A DNA stretch of 64,000 nt from Nitrospirota bacterium (GTDB taxonomy: Bacteria; Nitrospirota; Thermodesulfovibrionia; Thermodesulfovibrionales; Dissulfurispiraceae). The notes below the pieces were generated by a model. The model had not been told where the DNA came from, did not search any database, and was given only the letters and a program-made list of their open reading frames with translations. The first letter of the stretch is position 1. Each line of letters opens with the position of its first letter. This document shows positions 44,662 through 53,367 of this stretch, in pieces. Made by a program: the position numbers and the translations under genes. The stretch spans positions 22,826 through 86,825 of the forward strand of contig CAVPZX010000007.1 in assembly GCA_963710375.1 (NCBI GenBank), in the 5' to 3' direction.

Positions 44662-45405
44662 TTTAGGCGCCGCCTGCGGTTAATTGCCTCACTTGGGTTA
44701 GTGGTAATCCTTGCAGTACCGGGGTGTAAAGGGAAGGGCGGTCCTCCTGTGCAATCAACTTCTCCGAATGTTTCTGAACAGGCCACAGGAACATCCGGTG
44801 TTGACGCAAAGGGCGAGACCGGAACAATACAAAAAATTATAGTCTCGGGCGCGCCTGCTGCGAATAACACTGCTCTAATCTCTCACATAGAGATTACCCC
44901 GAAAGCCCCCAAGATCGGAGATACGATTACGATAAACCTTATTCCCCAGGCAGGGGTGTTGCTTTCATCAGTTCCAGTTGCCTTTGAATGGAGGAAAAAC
45001 GGAGAAGGTCTGTCAGAGACATCAAACTCGCTCGCGGTAGACAGCAGGTTTAAAAGGGGTGACAAGGTCGAGGCGACCGTAACTGTCGACAGCGGAAAAG
45101 GCCCCAAGCAGTCTTGGCTCGCCTCGGTAGTAATAGCCAATTCTCCACCCGTGATTACTCCGGCAACTGAATTGGTGAAAGTAAACGGCAGCACATTCTC
45201 TTTCAAGGTGAATGCCAGTGATGCGGATGGAGACCCGTTAACATATACTCTAAAATCAGGTCCGCCTGGTACTACTGTTGACCCTGCAACAGGCAAAGTG
45301 ACTTTTACAGTACCGGCTGACAATAAAACAAGCTCGCAGATAGCGGTGCTGGTTTCGGATGGCCATGGCGGTGAGGCTATCTTCAATTTTGAGATGGGGA
45401 AATAA
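44518..45405 (+). CDS. Lipoprotein with a C-terminal Ig-like (He_PIG/cadherin-like) domain; the start codon is uncertain
   Basis: Lipobox ILAVPGC. C-terminal NSPPVITPA ... NASDADGDPLTYTL ... VSDGHGGE. The ORF-track N-terminus (GTG 44518 / ATG 44524) lies inside a repeat hairpin. Confidence 0.6.
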   Translation: MKMRRCEVEKRQITNAKTSVATSQLRTFSSSSFDVGSPSHLHNFAPSSFRRRLRLIASLGLVVILAVPGCKGKGGPPVQSTSPNVSEQATGTSGVDAKGETGTIQKIIVSGAPAANNTALISHIEITPKAPKIGDTITINLIPQAGVLLSSVPVAFEWRKNGEGLSETSNSLAVDSRFKRGDKVEATVTVDSGKGPKQSWLASVVIANSPPVITPATELVKVNGSTFSFKVNASDADGDPLTYTLKSGPPGTTVDPATGKVTFTVPADNKTSSQIAVLVSDGHGGEAIFNFEMGK

Positions 45406-45471
45406 AAATTACAAACAGGTTTATCTATCCATAAGTTTATAACGGTGATATAATTTCAAACAAGAGGGACC

Positions 45472-46752
45472 ATGAACACTACACTAGAAAAAATGCCTGA
45501 ATCGGTCGAAGCAGTCTATTTTTTTAGTGACATTGTCGGAAGAGAAGTCTTTAATAATAACGAAAAGATCGGAAATCTCCATGATGTCACCATTCGCGAC
45601 CACGAGAAGCTTCCGATAGTGACCCACTTTATAATCAACAGGCCGTTAGGCCAGAAGCCGCTCCTCGTCCCCTGGGCAAAGGTGGTCAGGATCGATCCAA
45701 AGGTTATCACACTCAATCTCGAATCAGCAGCGCAGTACGAAGGAGAGCCCGAAGAATCCCAGGTGCTTTTGAACAACGACATTCTTGACAAAAAAGTGAT
45801 CGATATGGATGATAACGAGATTGACGTAGTCCATGACATCAGGCTGGTTTTGAACAGGGGAACCCTTTATGTTACAGATGTGGATTTCGGCAGGTACGGG
45901 CTAATGAAAAGACTCCATCTCAAACCGCTCATCAAGCTTCTGTTCGGCGATTCATCCAAGTTCCTGAAGAAGGATACACTATCCTGGTCATACGTACAGC
46001 CGTTGCAGGAAAATATTGGCAGATTCAAGGGCCGTGTCAAGCTGAATGTGCTGAAGGAAAAGCTGCTCGAAATACATCCGGTAGATATGGCCGATATCCT
46101 GGAGGAGCTGAATAAAGAGCAGCGGCTTGCCCTCTTCAATGAGCTAGAAACCGGCCACGCATCGGATACCCTCGAAGAGATCGAGCCGAGAGTGCAGAAG
46201 GAATTAATTTTTTCTCTAAAGAAGGAAAAAGCGGCAGAGCTTATTAATGATATGACGCCTGGCCAGGCTGCCGATATCCTTGCCATTTTACCTGCGCCGG
46301 AAGCCGATGAGATTATGAAGCTGATCGATAAGGAAAGCGTTCGCAAGATACAATACATGCTAGACAAGCAGGAGGAGAAGCTTGTCAACCTTTCGACATC
46401 TCATTTCATCAAACTTTCGCCCAATACTCATGTCAGCCAGGTCCTTCTCCATTTTCGCGAGATGGCGAAAGACAAGGATGAGATCATGTACATCTATATT
46501 GTCGGAGAAAAGGATGCCTTATTGGGTGTTGTAGACCTTAAAGAAATACTACAGGCAAAAGAAGAGGACAAACTTGAGGATATTATGACAACGAGTGTTA
46601 TCAGCCTGAAGCCCGAAGACACGCTCCTCGAGGCCGCTGAAATTTTTTCGAGATATGATTTCAGGGCGATCCCGGTTACCGATGATCACGATGTGATTCT
46701 AGGGGTCGTCCGTTACCGCGACATCGTGAAGCTCAAACATAAGTTCGTCTGA
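45472..46752 (+). CDS. Soluble PRC-barrel + MgtE_N + CBS-pair protein (no MgtE membrane domain)
   Basis: FSDIVGREVFNNNEKIGNLHDV (PRC-like). HPVDMADILEELNKEQRLALF ... MTPGQAADILAILP (MgtE_N). Two CBS motifs. No TM segments. Confidence 0.8.
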   Translation: MNTTLEKMPESVEAVYFFSDIVGREVFNNNEKIGNLHDVTIRDHEKLPIVTHFIINRPLGQKPLLVPWAKVVRIDPKVITLNLESAAQYEGEPEESQVLLNNDILDKKVIDMDDNEIDVVHDIRLVLNRGTLYVTDVDFGRYGLMKRLHLKPLIKLLFGDSSKFLKKDTLSWSYVQPLQENIGRFKGRVKLNVLKEKLLEIHPVDMADILEELNKEQRLALFNELETGHASDTLEEIEPRVQKELIFSLKKEKAAELINDMTPGQAADILAILPAPEADEIMKLIDKESVRKIQYMLDKQEEKLVNLSTSHFIKLSPNTHVSQVLLHFREMAKDKDEIMYIYIVGEKDALLGVVDLKEILQAKEEDKLEDIMTTSVISLKPEDTLLEAAEIFSRYDFRAIPVTDDHDVILGVVRYRDIVKLKHKFV

Positions 46753-46759
46753 TCGTTTT

Positions 46760-46794
46760 GTAACATTATTGTAATGTTTTTTTGTTACGATAAT
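46760..46794 (+). promoter_or_regulatory. Candidate response-regulator box plus -10 element upstream of RND operon 1
   Basis: GTAACATT (46760-46767) and GTAATGTT (46771-46778) are 11 bp apart, with GATAAT (46789-46794) 10 nt further downstream. The same architecture occurs upstream of operon 2. Confidence 0.35.
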
Positions 46795-46865
46795 CATCGG
46801 ACTGCACACTGAGAACTATCCGATAGTCGTTTCCGCAGATTTGAATAGAAAAGGAGATTTCGGTA

Positions 46866-48011
46866 ATGGAGAATAATAGAGTTTTCCTCTGCCTCATCGC
46901 AGCAGGCGCGCTTTTACTGCTCACGTGTTCGGGATTCGGTTGCCGGCGCGGTGCAGCAGATGGCGATACACACAATGTAATCGTGAAATCTCCCGATCCC
47001 GGTGTGCTCCAAATGGAACACCCGGAGCAGTTCCCCCTGGTAGAGGCTGAAGCCAGGAAAGTTGCTGATGAAACCCCTGTCAACGGGGTAGTCGCTCCGG
47101 ATGTGAACCGCTCCGTAGCCGTATTGTCGCTGAGCGGCGGCCGTGTAGTGGACATTAAAGCCAGACTTGGAGACGACGTAAAAAAAGGCCAGATCCTGTT
47201 AAGGATACATAGCCCCGACCTCGCCGCTGCATTCTCTGATTTCGAAAAGGCACAGGCCGATGAGATGCTGTCCCGTAAGCAATTAGAGCGTGCCAAGGGC
47301 CTCTTTGCAAATGGGGCCAACGCTGCAAAGGACCTGGAGGCCGCCCAGAATGCTGAGGACAAGGCCAAGGTTGATCTGAAGATCGCGGCTGACCATGTCC
47401 GTGTGCTAGGCGGCGACCCTGATCATTTCTCTCCTGTTCTCGATGTTAGGGCGCCCATTTCCGGTACAATCGTCGAGCAGAATGTTACGGGCGGCACAGG
47501 GGTCCGTTCCCTGGATGCTACCCCAAACCTTTTCACCATCGCTGACCTGTCGCGCGTGTGGGTCTTGTGTGACGTTTACGAAGATGACATCTCACGGGTG
47601 CATTTAGGGGATACAGCCGAGGTCCGTCTTAATGCATTTCAAGACAGATTGTTCCGCGGCATAGTAAGTAACATCAGCCGGGTAATGGACCCAAACATAC
47701 GGTCGGCAAAGGTCCGCATCGAACTGGACAACCCGGGTCTGGTTATGCGTTCGGGTATGTTTGTAACAGCGGTGATTCGTTCTCCAAAAAGTATCGAACG
47801 GCCTGTTCTGCCCGCTTCCGCTATCGTGCGCCTTCATGACAAGTACTGGGTCTTCCAGCCTTTAGGCGGCAATCGATTCCGGAGAACAGAGGTACAGACC
47901 GGGCCTGAGGTGAACGACACACTCCAGCAAATTCTCTCGGGCTTAAAAGTTCATGACAAGGTGGTAGTCAACGCTCTGCAGTTTTCGAGTGCCTCAGAGG
48001 CAGCAAAATAA
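46866..48011 (+). CDS. RND efflux periplasmic adaptor (membrane fusion protein), operon 1
   Basis: Lipoprotein-like N-terminus LLLTCSGFGC. Biotinyl/lipoyl-like GRVVDIKARLGDDVKKGQILLRIHSPDL, a coiled-coil hairpin, and a beta-barrel region. Confidence 0.9.
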   Translation: MENNRVFLCLIAAGALLLLTCSGFGCRRGAADGDTHNVIVKSPDPGVLQMEHPEQFPLVEAEARKVADETPVNGVVAPDVNRSVAVLSLSGGRVVDIKARLGDDVKKGQILLRIHSPDLAAAFSDFEKAQADEMLSRKQLERAKGLFANGANAAKDLEAAQNAEDKAKVDLKIAADHVRVLGGDPDHFSPVLDVRAPISGTIVEQNVTGGTGVRSLDATPNLFTIADLSRVWVLCDVYEDDISRVHLGDTAEVRLNAFQDRLFRGIVSNISRVMDPNIRSAKVRIELDNPGLVMRSGMFVTAVIRSPKSIERPVLPASAIVRLHDKYWVFQPLGGNRFRRTEVQTGPEVNDTLQQILSGLKVHDKVVVNALQFSSASEAAK

Positions 48012-51000
48012 ATGATCGAACGGCTCCTCGATTTTGCTCTCCGAAACAAGATCCTGGTCCTGAGTATAGGCCTTCTGCTTCTTATCTGGGGCATAATTGC
48101 ATTCCATCGTTTGCCTATAGAAGCTTACCCGGACGTGGCAGACAAATATGCCCAAGTGATCACTCAGTGGCCCGGCCGGGCAGCAGAGGAGGTCGAACAG
48201 CAGGTCACGATTCCAATAGAGACACAAATGAACGGAATGGGACATCTCGTACACCTTCGTTCCCTTTCACTCGCCGGTTTGTCTGTCATAACCGTGATTT
48301 TCGATGACGACTCCGACAACCTCCAAAACCGCCAGCAGGTGCTCGAAAAGCTTACACTCGTAAATCTGCCCGCCGGCCTGAGCCCCCAGATAGGCGCTGA
48401 TTTCAGCCCTGTAGGACAGGTATACTGGTATACCCTGGAGGGCAGGAATCCACAGTACGATATCATGGAGCTGAAGCGGCTGCAAGACTGGACAGTATTC
48501 AAATATCTTATGTCGGTCCCGAATATTGCGTCTGTATCCGGCTTCGGCGGCCAGACCCGTGAATACCAGGTCCAGGTCGATCCCAACAAACTGGTTTCGT
48601 ATGGATTGTCCATAGCTCAGGTGGAGCAGGCCCTCGCCGCGAACAATATCAATGCCGGCGGAAGCTTTATCGAAAGGGGTCAACAGGCCTACAACGTCAG
48701 GGTCGTTGGTTTGATGCGCGATACTGATGACATCGGCGCTACTATCCTGAAGACGCAGAATGGGACGCCGGTCAGGATCAGGGATATAGCAATCGTAAGA
48801 CAGGGACCCAAGATACGCCTGGGCCGCATAGGCAAGGCGATCCGGCACGAAGACGGACGTGTTATAGACGATGATGATGTTGTCGAGGGCATTGTCCAGA
48901 TGCGGAAAGGAGCTGAAACAGAGTCAACAATGGCTGCCTTGCACGCCAAAGTCGCATATCTGAATAAACATATCCTGCCGCCCGGAGTTAAAATTATTTC
49001 CTACCTCGACCGCGACGATCTAGTCCACTATACGACGCATACAGTCCTCCGCAACCTTACTGAGGGAATAATTCTGGTCGTAATAGTCCTCTTTATTTTC
49101 CTTGGGAATGTACGCTCTGCGATTATCGTGGCTCTCACAATCCCGTTTGCTTTGTTCTTCGCTTCCATCCTTCTCGACCTTCGTCACATCCCGGCCAATT
49201 TATTGTCTCTGGGCGCTCTTGATTTCGGAATGATCGTTGATGGTTCAGTCGTTATGGTGGAAAATATTTTGCGCAGGCTTGAGGAATCCGAAAAAAAGAT
49301 GGGGAGCTTCAGCCAGACCATTCATCTGGCGGCACATGAAGTGCAGCGCCCCGTTTTTTTCTCGCGTGCGATCATCATTACTACCTTCCTGCCGATCTTT
49401 ACTTTGCAGCGCGTCGAAGGCAGATTGTTTCATCCTATGGCGTGGACCGTGTGTTTCGCCTTGCTGGGAGCTCTGCTCTTTTCGATCCTGCTCGCTCCGG
49501 TGCTCGCGAGCTTCCTTTTCCGCAGGCGGGAGCAGAAATGGAAGAATCCTGTGCTGGTGTGGCTTCTGGACAATTACCCGAAGGCTCTGGACTGGTCGTT
49601 CCGTCACCGCATGCTCGTAATAGGATTAGGCGCAGCCTCACTCTGCCTGACTGTCTACCTAGCTACCAGCAAAGTGATCGGTTCCGAATTTTTGCCGCAC
49701 CTCGACGAAGGCGCTATTTGGGCCAGGGGCACGCTCGATTCGAGCGTCGGGCCTTCAGAAGGCACACGTATCATGAATCAGGCACGGCTTGCATTTGCGG
49801 CTTTCCCTGAAGTGACTCAGGTTGTTTGCCAAATAGGCAGAACTGACGACGGTACAGATCCTACCGGCTTCTTCAACACCGAGTATTTCATCGACCTCAA
49901 GCCGCGGGACAAATGGCGAAAACAGTTTCATAAGAAAAAAGACGAGTTGATCGAAGCCCTGAACAAAGAAGTCGAAAAGATACCGGGCGTTGACTGGGGA
50001 TTTTCGCAGCCCATCGAAGACAACATGGAGGAGGCCCTGAGTGGGGTAAAAGGCGAGTCTGCTGCCAAGCTTTTCGGCGGCGATCTGAAGGACCTTGAGC
50101 AGAAGGCAGGAGAAATAGCAGATGTTATGCGAACGGTCCCCGGAATCGAAGACCTTGGAGTTTTCAGAGTGCTTGGGCAGCCTAACCTGAACCTTATTGT
50201 CAATCGCGCAAAGGCAGACCGCTTCGGAATTAATGTGGTGGACATCCAGGACGCTATTCAAACGGCTGTGGGAGGCAATCCTGTGACAGAGGTGTTGAAA
50301 GGGGAAGAGCGCTTCGACCTGGTAGTGAGATACCAGGAACATTTCCGCAGGACCATCGAGGACATAGCGAACATACGGATTCTGGCGCCGTCCGGCGAAA
50401 GGGTCTCGCTCGGACAGCTATGTGATATTAAGGTTGAAGATGGAGCTTCGATGATCTACAGGGAGGCAAACTCGCGGTATATCGCCATAAAATACAGCGT
50501 ACGCGGCAGGGACCTCGGAAGCACAGTTGAAGAAGCCATGAAGAGGGTCAATGACAAGGTGAAGCTGCCGCAAGGCTATCATCTTGACTGGGCCGGAGAG
50601 TATGAAAGCCAGAAGCGCGCAAATGCGCGACTTTCAATCATTATCCCTGTCGCGCTTCTCATGATACTGCTTCTTCTCTACATGATGTTCAAATCGTTCA
50701 AGTGGGCCATCCTTGTCCTCGGCAACGTGGCCGCGGCCAGCATAGGAGGCTTTCTGTCTCTCCTTGCCACCGGGACTAATTTCAGCGTTTCATCTGGCAT
50801 CGGGTTGCTTGCTCTGACAGGAGTGGCTGTGGAGATCGGCGTTATTATGGTGCAATATATAAATCAGCTCCGTTCCAGAGGCTTGCATATCGAAAGTGCG
50901 GCAATCGGAGGCGCTACCCGCCGGCTGCGCCCTATCATTATGACGATGCTTGTCGCCACGCTGGGCTTATTGCCCGCGGCTTTGTCTCACGATATCGGGT

Positions 51001-51149
51001 CCGATTCCCAGCGTCCCTTTGCGATCGTAATTGTGGGCGGACTGATCACCAACCTGTTGATAAGCGTCTTTCTATTGCCTACACTATACGTATGGATTGC
51101 AAGAGAGGACGATATACTTCCGAAGCCGGAGGAGAACAGTGAACAATAA
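48012..51149 (+). CDS. CusA/CzcA-family heavy-metal-type RND permease, operon 1
   Basis: 1045 aa with 12-TM RND architecture. TM4 motif LGALDFGMIVDGSVVMVEN. Starts directly after the adaptor stop. Confidence 0.95.
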   Translation: MIERLLDFALRNKILVLSIGLLLLIWGIIAFHRLPIEAYPDVADKYAQVITQWPGRAAEEVEQQVTIPIETQMNGMGHLVHLRSLSLAGLSVITVIFDDDSDNLQNRQQVLEKLTLVNLPAGLSPQIGADFSPVGQVYWYTLEGRNPQYDIMELKRLQDWTVFKYLMSVPNIASVSGFGGQTREYQVQVDPNKLVSYGLSIAQVEQALAANNINAGGSFIERGQQAYNVRVVGLMRDTDDIGATILKTQNGTPVRIRDIAIVRQGPKIRLGRIGKAIRHEDGRVIDDDDVVEGIVQMRKGAETESTMAALHAKVAYLNKHILPPGVKIISYLDRDDLVHYTTHTVLRNLTEGIILVVIVLFIFLGNVRSAIIVALTIPFALFFASILLDLRHIPANLLSLGALDFGMIVDGSVVMVENILRRLEESEKKMGSFSQTIHLAAHEVQRPVFFSRAIIITTFLPIFTLQRVEGRLFHPMAWTVCFALLGALLFSILLAPVLASFLFRRREQKWKNPVLVWLLDNYPKALDWSFRHRMLVIGLGAASLCLTVYLATSKVIGSEFLPHLDEGAIWARGTLDSSVGPSEGTRIMNQARLAFAAFPEVTQVVCQIGRTDDGTDPTGFFNTEYFIDLKPRDKWRKQFHKKKDELIEALNKEVEKIPGVDWGFSQPIEDNMEEALSGVKGESAAKLFGGDLKDLEQKAGEIADVMRTVPGIEDLGVFRVLGQPNLNLIVNRAKADRFGINVVDIQDAIQTAVGGNPVTEVLKGEERFDLVVRYQEHFRRTIEDIANIRILAPSGERVSLGQLCDIKVEDGASMIYREANSRYIAIKYSVRGRDLGSTVEEAMKRVNDKVKLPQGYHLDWAGEYESQKRANARLSIIIPVALLMILLLLYMMFKSFKWAILVLGNVAAASIGGFLSLLATGTNFSVSSGIGLLALTGVAVEIGVIMVQYINQLRSRGLHIESAAIGGATRRLRPIIMTMLVATLGLLPAALSHDIGSDSQRPFAIVIVGGLITNLLISVFLLPTLYVWIAREDDILPKPEENSEQ

Positions 51150-51156
51150 AAACACA

Positions 51157-51237
51157 GAAGTTGAGAAGTTGGGAAGTTGGGAAGTTGGGATTTTGGGATT
51201 TTGCTCAGCTTCACATCTTCACATCTTCGCAACTTCA
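51157..51237. repeat. Word-repeat hairpin element, GAAGTTGR words, at czcA-like/OMF junction 1
   Basis: gaagttgagaagttgggaagttgggaagttggga, then ttttgggattttgctcag, then cttcacatcttcacatcttcgcaacttc. Confidence 0.75.
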
Positions 51238-52677
51238 ATTCTGTCCCTTGTGCTAATGACCGGATGCGCGGTTGGGCCAGATTTTCAGCGCCCGTCCGCG
51301 CCTGCTGTCTCCGACTACGCACTGCAGCCCCTTCCCGCGCAAACAGCTTCGGTTGATGTGAAGGGCGGCGAGGCGCAGCGTTTTGTGCGTGACATGGACA
51401 TACCGGGCCAATGGTGGACACTTTTTCATTCCAAACCGCTCAATGACCTGATTGAACAATCGCTCAAGGCCAACCCCGATCTTGAAGCCGCCAAGGCAAC
51501 GCTCCGCGTCGCAAGAGAAAACGTCTATGCGCAGCAAGGCGCGTTCTTTCCAAGTGTGGAAGCCAGTTTCATTCCATCGCGACAAAAGTCTGCGGGAGTG
51601 TTGGCCCCTCCGTTAGCCAATAACAATGATCTCTACAGCCTTTACACTGCGCAGGTTGCTGTTGCATATGCTCCTGATGTGTTCGGAGGCAACCGTAGAC
51701 AGGTGGAATCGCTCAAGGCACAGGCCGAATCGGAGCGCTTCCAGCTCGAAGCTGCTTGCCTGACACTGACATCGAACGTGGTAGCTGCTGCGGTACAGGA
51801 GGCTTCTTTGCGCGGACAAATTGCAGCCACTAAGCGGATTATCGATATCCAGAGTGATACTCTCAAACTGCTGAAACGTCAATACGAGCTGGGCCAGGTT
51901 GCCGGTTTGGATGTGGCGGCACAGGAAGCAGCGCTCGCACAGGCAGAGGCTGCGCTGCCGCCGCTCGAAAAGCAGTTGGCGCAACAGCGCGACCTCCTGG
52001 CACGGCTTGCAGGTTCCTTCCCGAGCGAGAAACTTGCTCAGGAGTTTGAACTCTCTTCGCTGCAACTGCCCCAGGAACTTCCTGTGAGCCTTCCATCCAA
52101 ATTAGTGGAGCAACGGCCTGACGTGAGGTCTGCCGAAGAGCAGCTGCATTCTGCCGGCGCAGAGATCGGCGTCGCAATAGCCAACCGGCTGCCGAATATT
52201 ACGCTTAGCGCCAATTTGGGCAGCAGCGCTACTGCGATCAACAATTTGTTCAGCCCGGGAACTGGATTTTGGGCACTTGCCGGTAATATCACACAGCCGG
52301 TCTTCCAGGGCGGCACATTGCTGCACAGGCAGCGTGCTGCTGAGGCAGCCTATGATCAGGCTGCTGCACAGTATCGCAGCACAGTGCTGACCGCATTCCA
52401 GAATGTGGCCGATAGTCTCCACGCAATACAATCCGATGCCGATGAACTGAAAGCTGCTGCCGCTGCAGAGCATGCCGCAGCCAAGAGCCTCTCCATTGCA
52501 CAACATCAACTCGAATTGGGCGACATCAGTTATTTGGGACTTCTCAATGCCGAACAGACTTATCAGCAGGCGGTGATCAATATGGTGCAGGCCCTTGCAA
52601 ACCGGTATTCTGATACCGCAGCGCTGTTCCAGGCCCTGGGCGGCGGCTGGTGGAACCGCTCTGACGTTAAAGAATAA
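51193..52677 (+). CDS. NodT-family outer membrane factor lipoprotein, operon 1 (start uncertain, possibly TTG 51193)
   Basis: Lipobox LVLMTGC/AVGPDF. OEP repeats. C-terminal ALGGGWW. No ATG lies between the czcA-like stop and the lipobox. Confidence 0.85.
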   Translation: MGFCSASHLHIFATSILSLVLMTGCAVGPDFQRPSAPAVSDYALQPLPAQTASVDVKGGEAQRFVRDMDIPGQWWTLFHSKPLNDLIEQSLKANPDLEAAKATLRVARENVYAQQGAFFPSVEASFIPSRQKSAGVLAPPLANNNDLYSLYTAQVAVAYAPDVFGGNRRQVESLKAQAESERFQLEAACLTLTSNVVAAAVQEASLRGQIAATKRIIDIQSDTLKLLKRQYELGQVAGLDVAAQEAALAQAEAALPPLEKQLAQQRDLLARLAGSFPSEKLAQEFELSSLQLPQELPVSLPSKLVEQRPDVRSAEEQLHSAGAEIGVAIANRLPNITLSANLGSSATAINNLFSPGTGFWALAGNITQPVFQGGTLLHRQRAAEAAYDQAAAQYRSTVLTAFQNVADSLHAIQSDADELKAAAAAEHAAAKSLSIAQHQLELGDISYLGLLNAEQTYQQAVINMVQALANRYSDTAALFQALGGGWWNRSDVKE

Positions 52678-52771
52678 CCATAGCAACCGGTACCGAAAAA
52701 GGGACAAGGAAGAAATATATAAGCTCGTTGCACTGAGATTTAAAAAGTTCCCTACGTCTGAAGGAGATTAC

Positions 52772-53272
52772 ATGAAAAAAACCATAAAGGAAAGCTCAGT
52801 AGTGATGGCTCAAGTTATGCTGCCTCAGGATGCAAATCCGGCCGGTAATGTGCATGGTGGTGTGATAATGAAGCTGATTGATACAGCAGCGGGTGTGGTA
52901 TCTAGTCGTCATGCTCGATCAAACACGGTCACCGCTTCTATAGATATGATGGCCTTCCATAATCCTGTATTCGTCGGTGATCTGCTTTGGCTTAAGGCAT
53001 GCATTAATATGGTTGGCAAGACCTCGATGGAGATTGGTGTCAGGGTAGAGGCTGAAAACTCCATTACGGGCGAGATCAGGCATACATCGTCGGCATATCT
53101 AACATTTGTTGCTCTTGGTCCTGATGGAAAACCTACGCAAGTGCCCGAGCTGATACTGGATACAGATGACGATAGACGGAGGAATCAAGAGGCGATCATG
53201 CGGAGGAAGGCAAGGCTTGAGCTTCGGAGGAAAGAAGAACAATGTAAACAGGATGGTATTTGCCCGATCTAG
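52772..53272 (+). CDS. Hotdog-fold acyl-CoA thioesterase (YciA/BFIT-like)
   Basis: RBS AAGGAG. VMLPQDANPAGNVHGGVIMKLIDTAAGVV ... SSAYLTFVAL. Confidence 0.85.
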   Translation: MKKTIKESSVVMAQVMLPQDANPAGNVHGGVIMKLIDTAAGVVSSRHARSNTVTASIDMMAFHNPVFVGDLLWLKACINMVGKTSMEIGVRVEAENSITGEIRHTSSAYLTFVALGPDGKPTQVPELILDTDDDRRRNQEAIMRRKARLELRRKEEQCKQDGICPI

Positions 53273-53367
53273 GTCTTATAGTGCCTGAAGGACATCCTGG
53301 GTTGTTACACATTGGTCTGTTTTGGTGCAATTAATAAGCGTGGTGCGCCATTAAGTAAGGCAATTTC

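Noticed and set aside
44883-46388. 167-aa and 173-aa minus-strand ORFs
   Set aside because: They are antisense to the Ig-like lipoprotein gene and the MgtE_N/CBS gene. Their Ser-rich low-complexity products are typical of antisense frames.
46766-47368. 200-aa minus-strand ORF
   Set aside because: It is antisense to the RND adaptor gene in a GC-rich region, where long spurious ORFs are expected. Its composition is Ala/Ser/Arg-rich.
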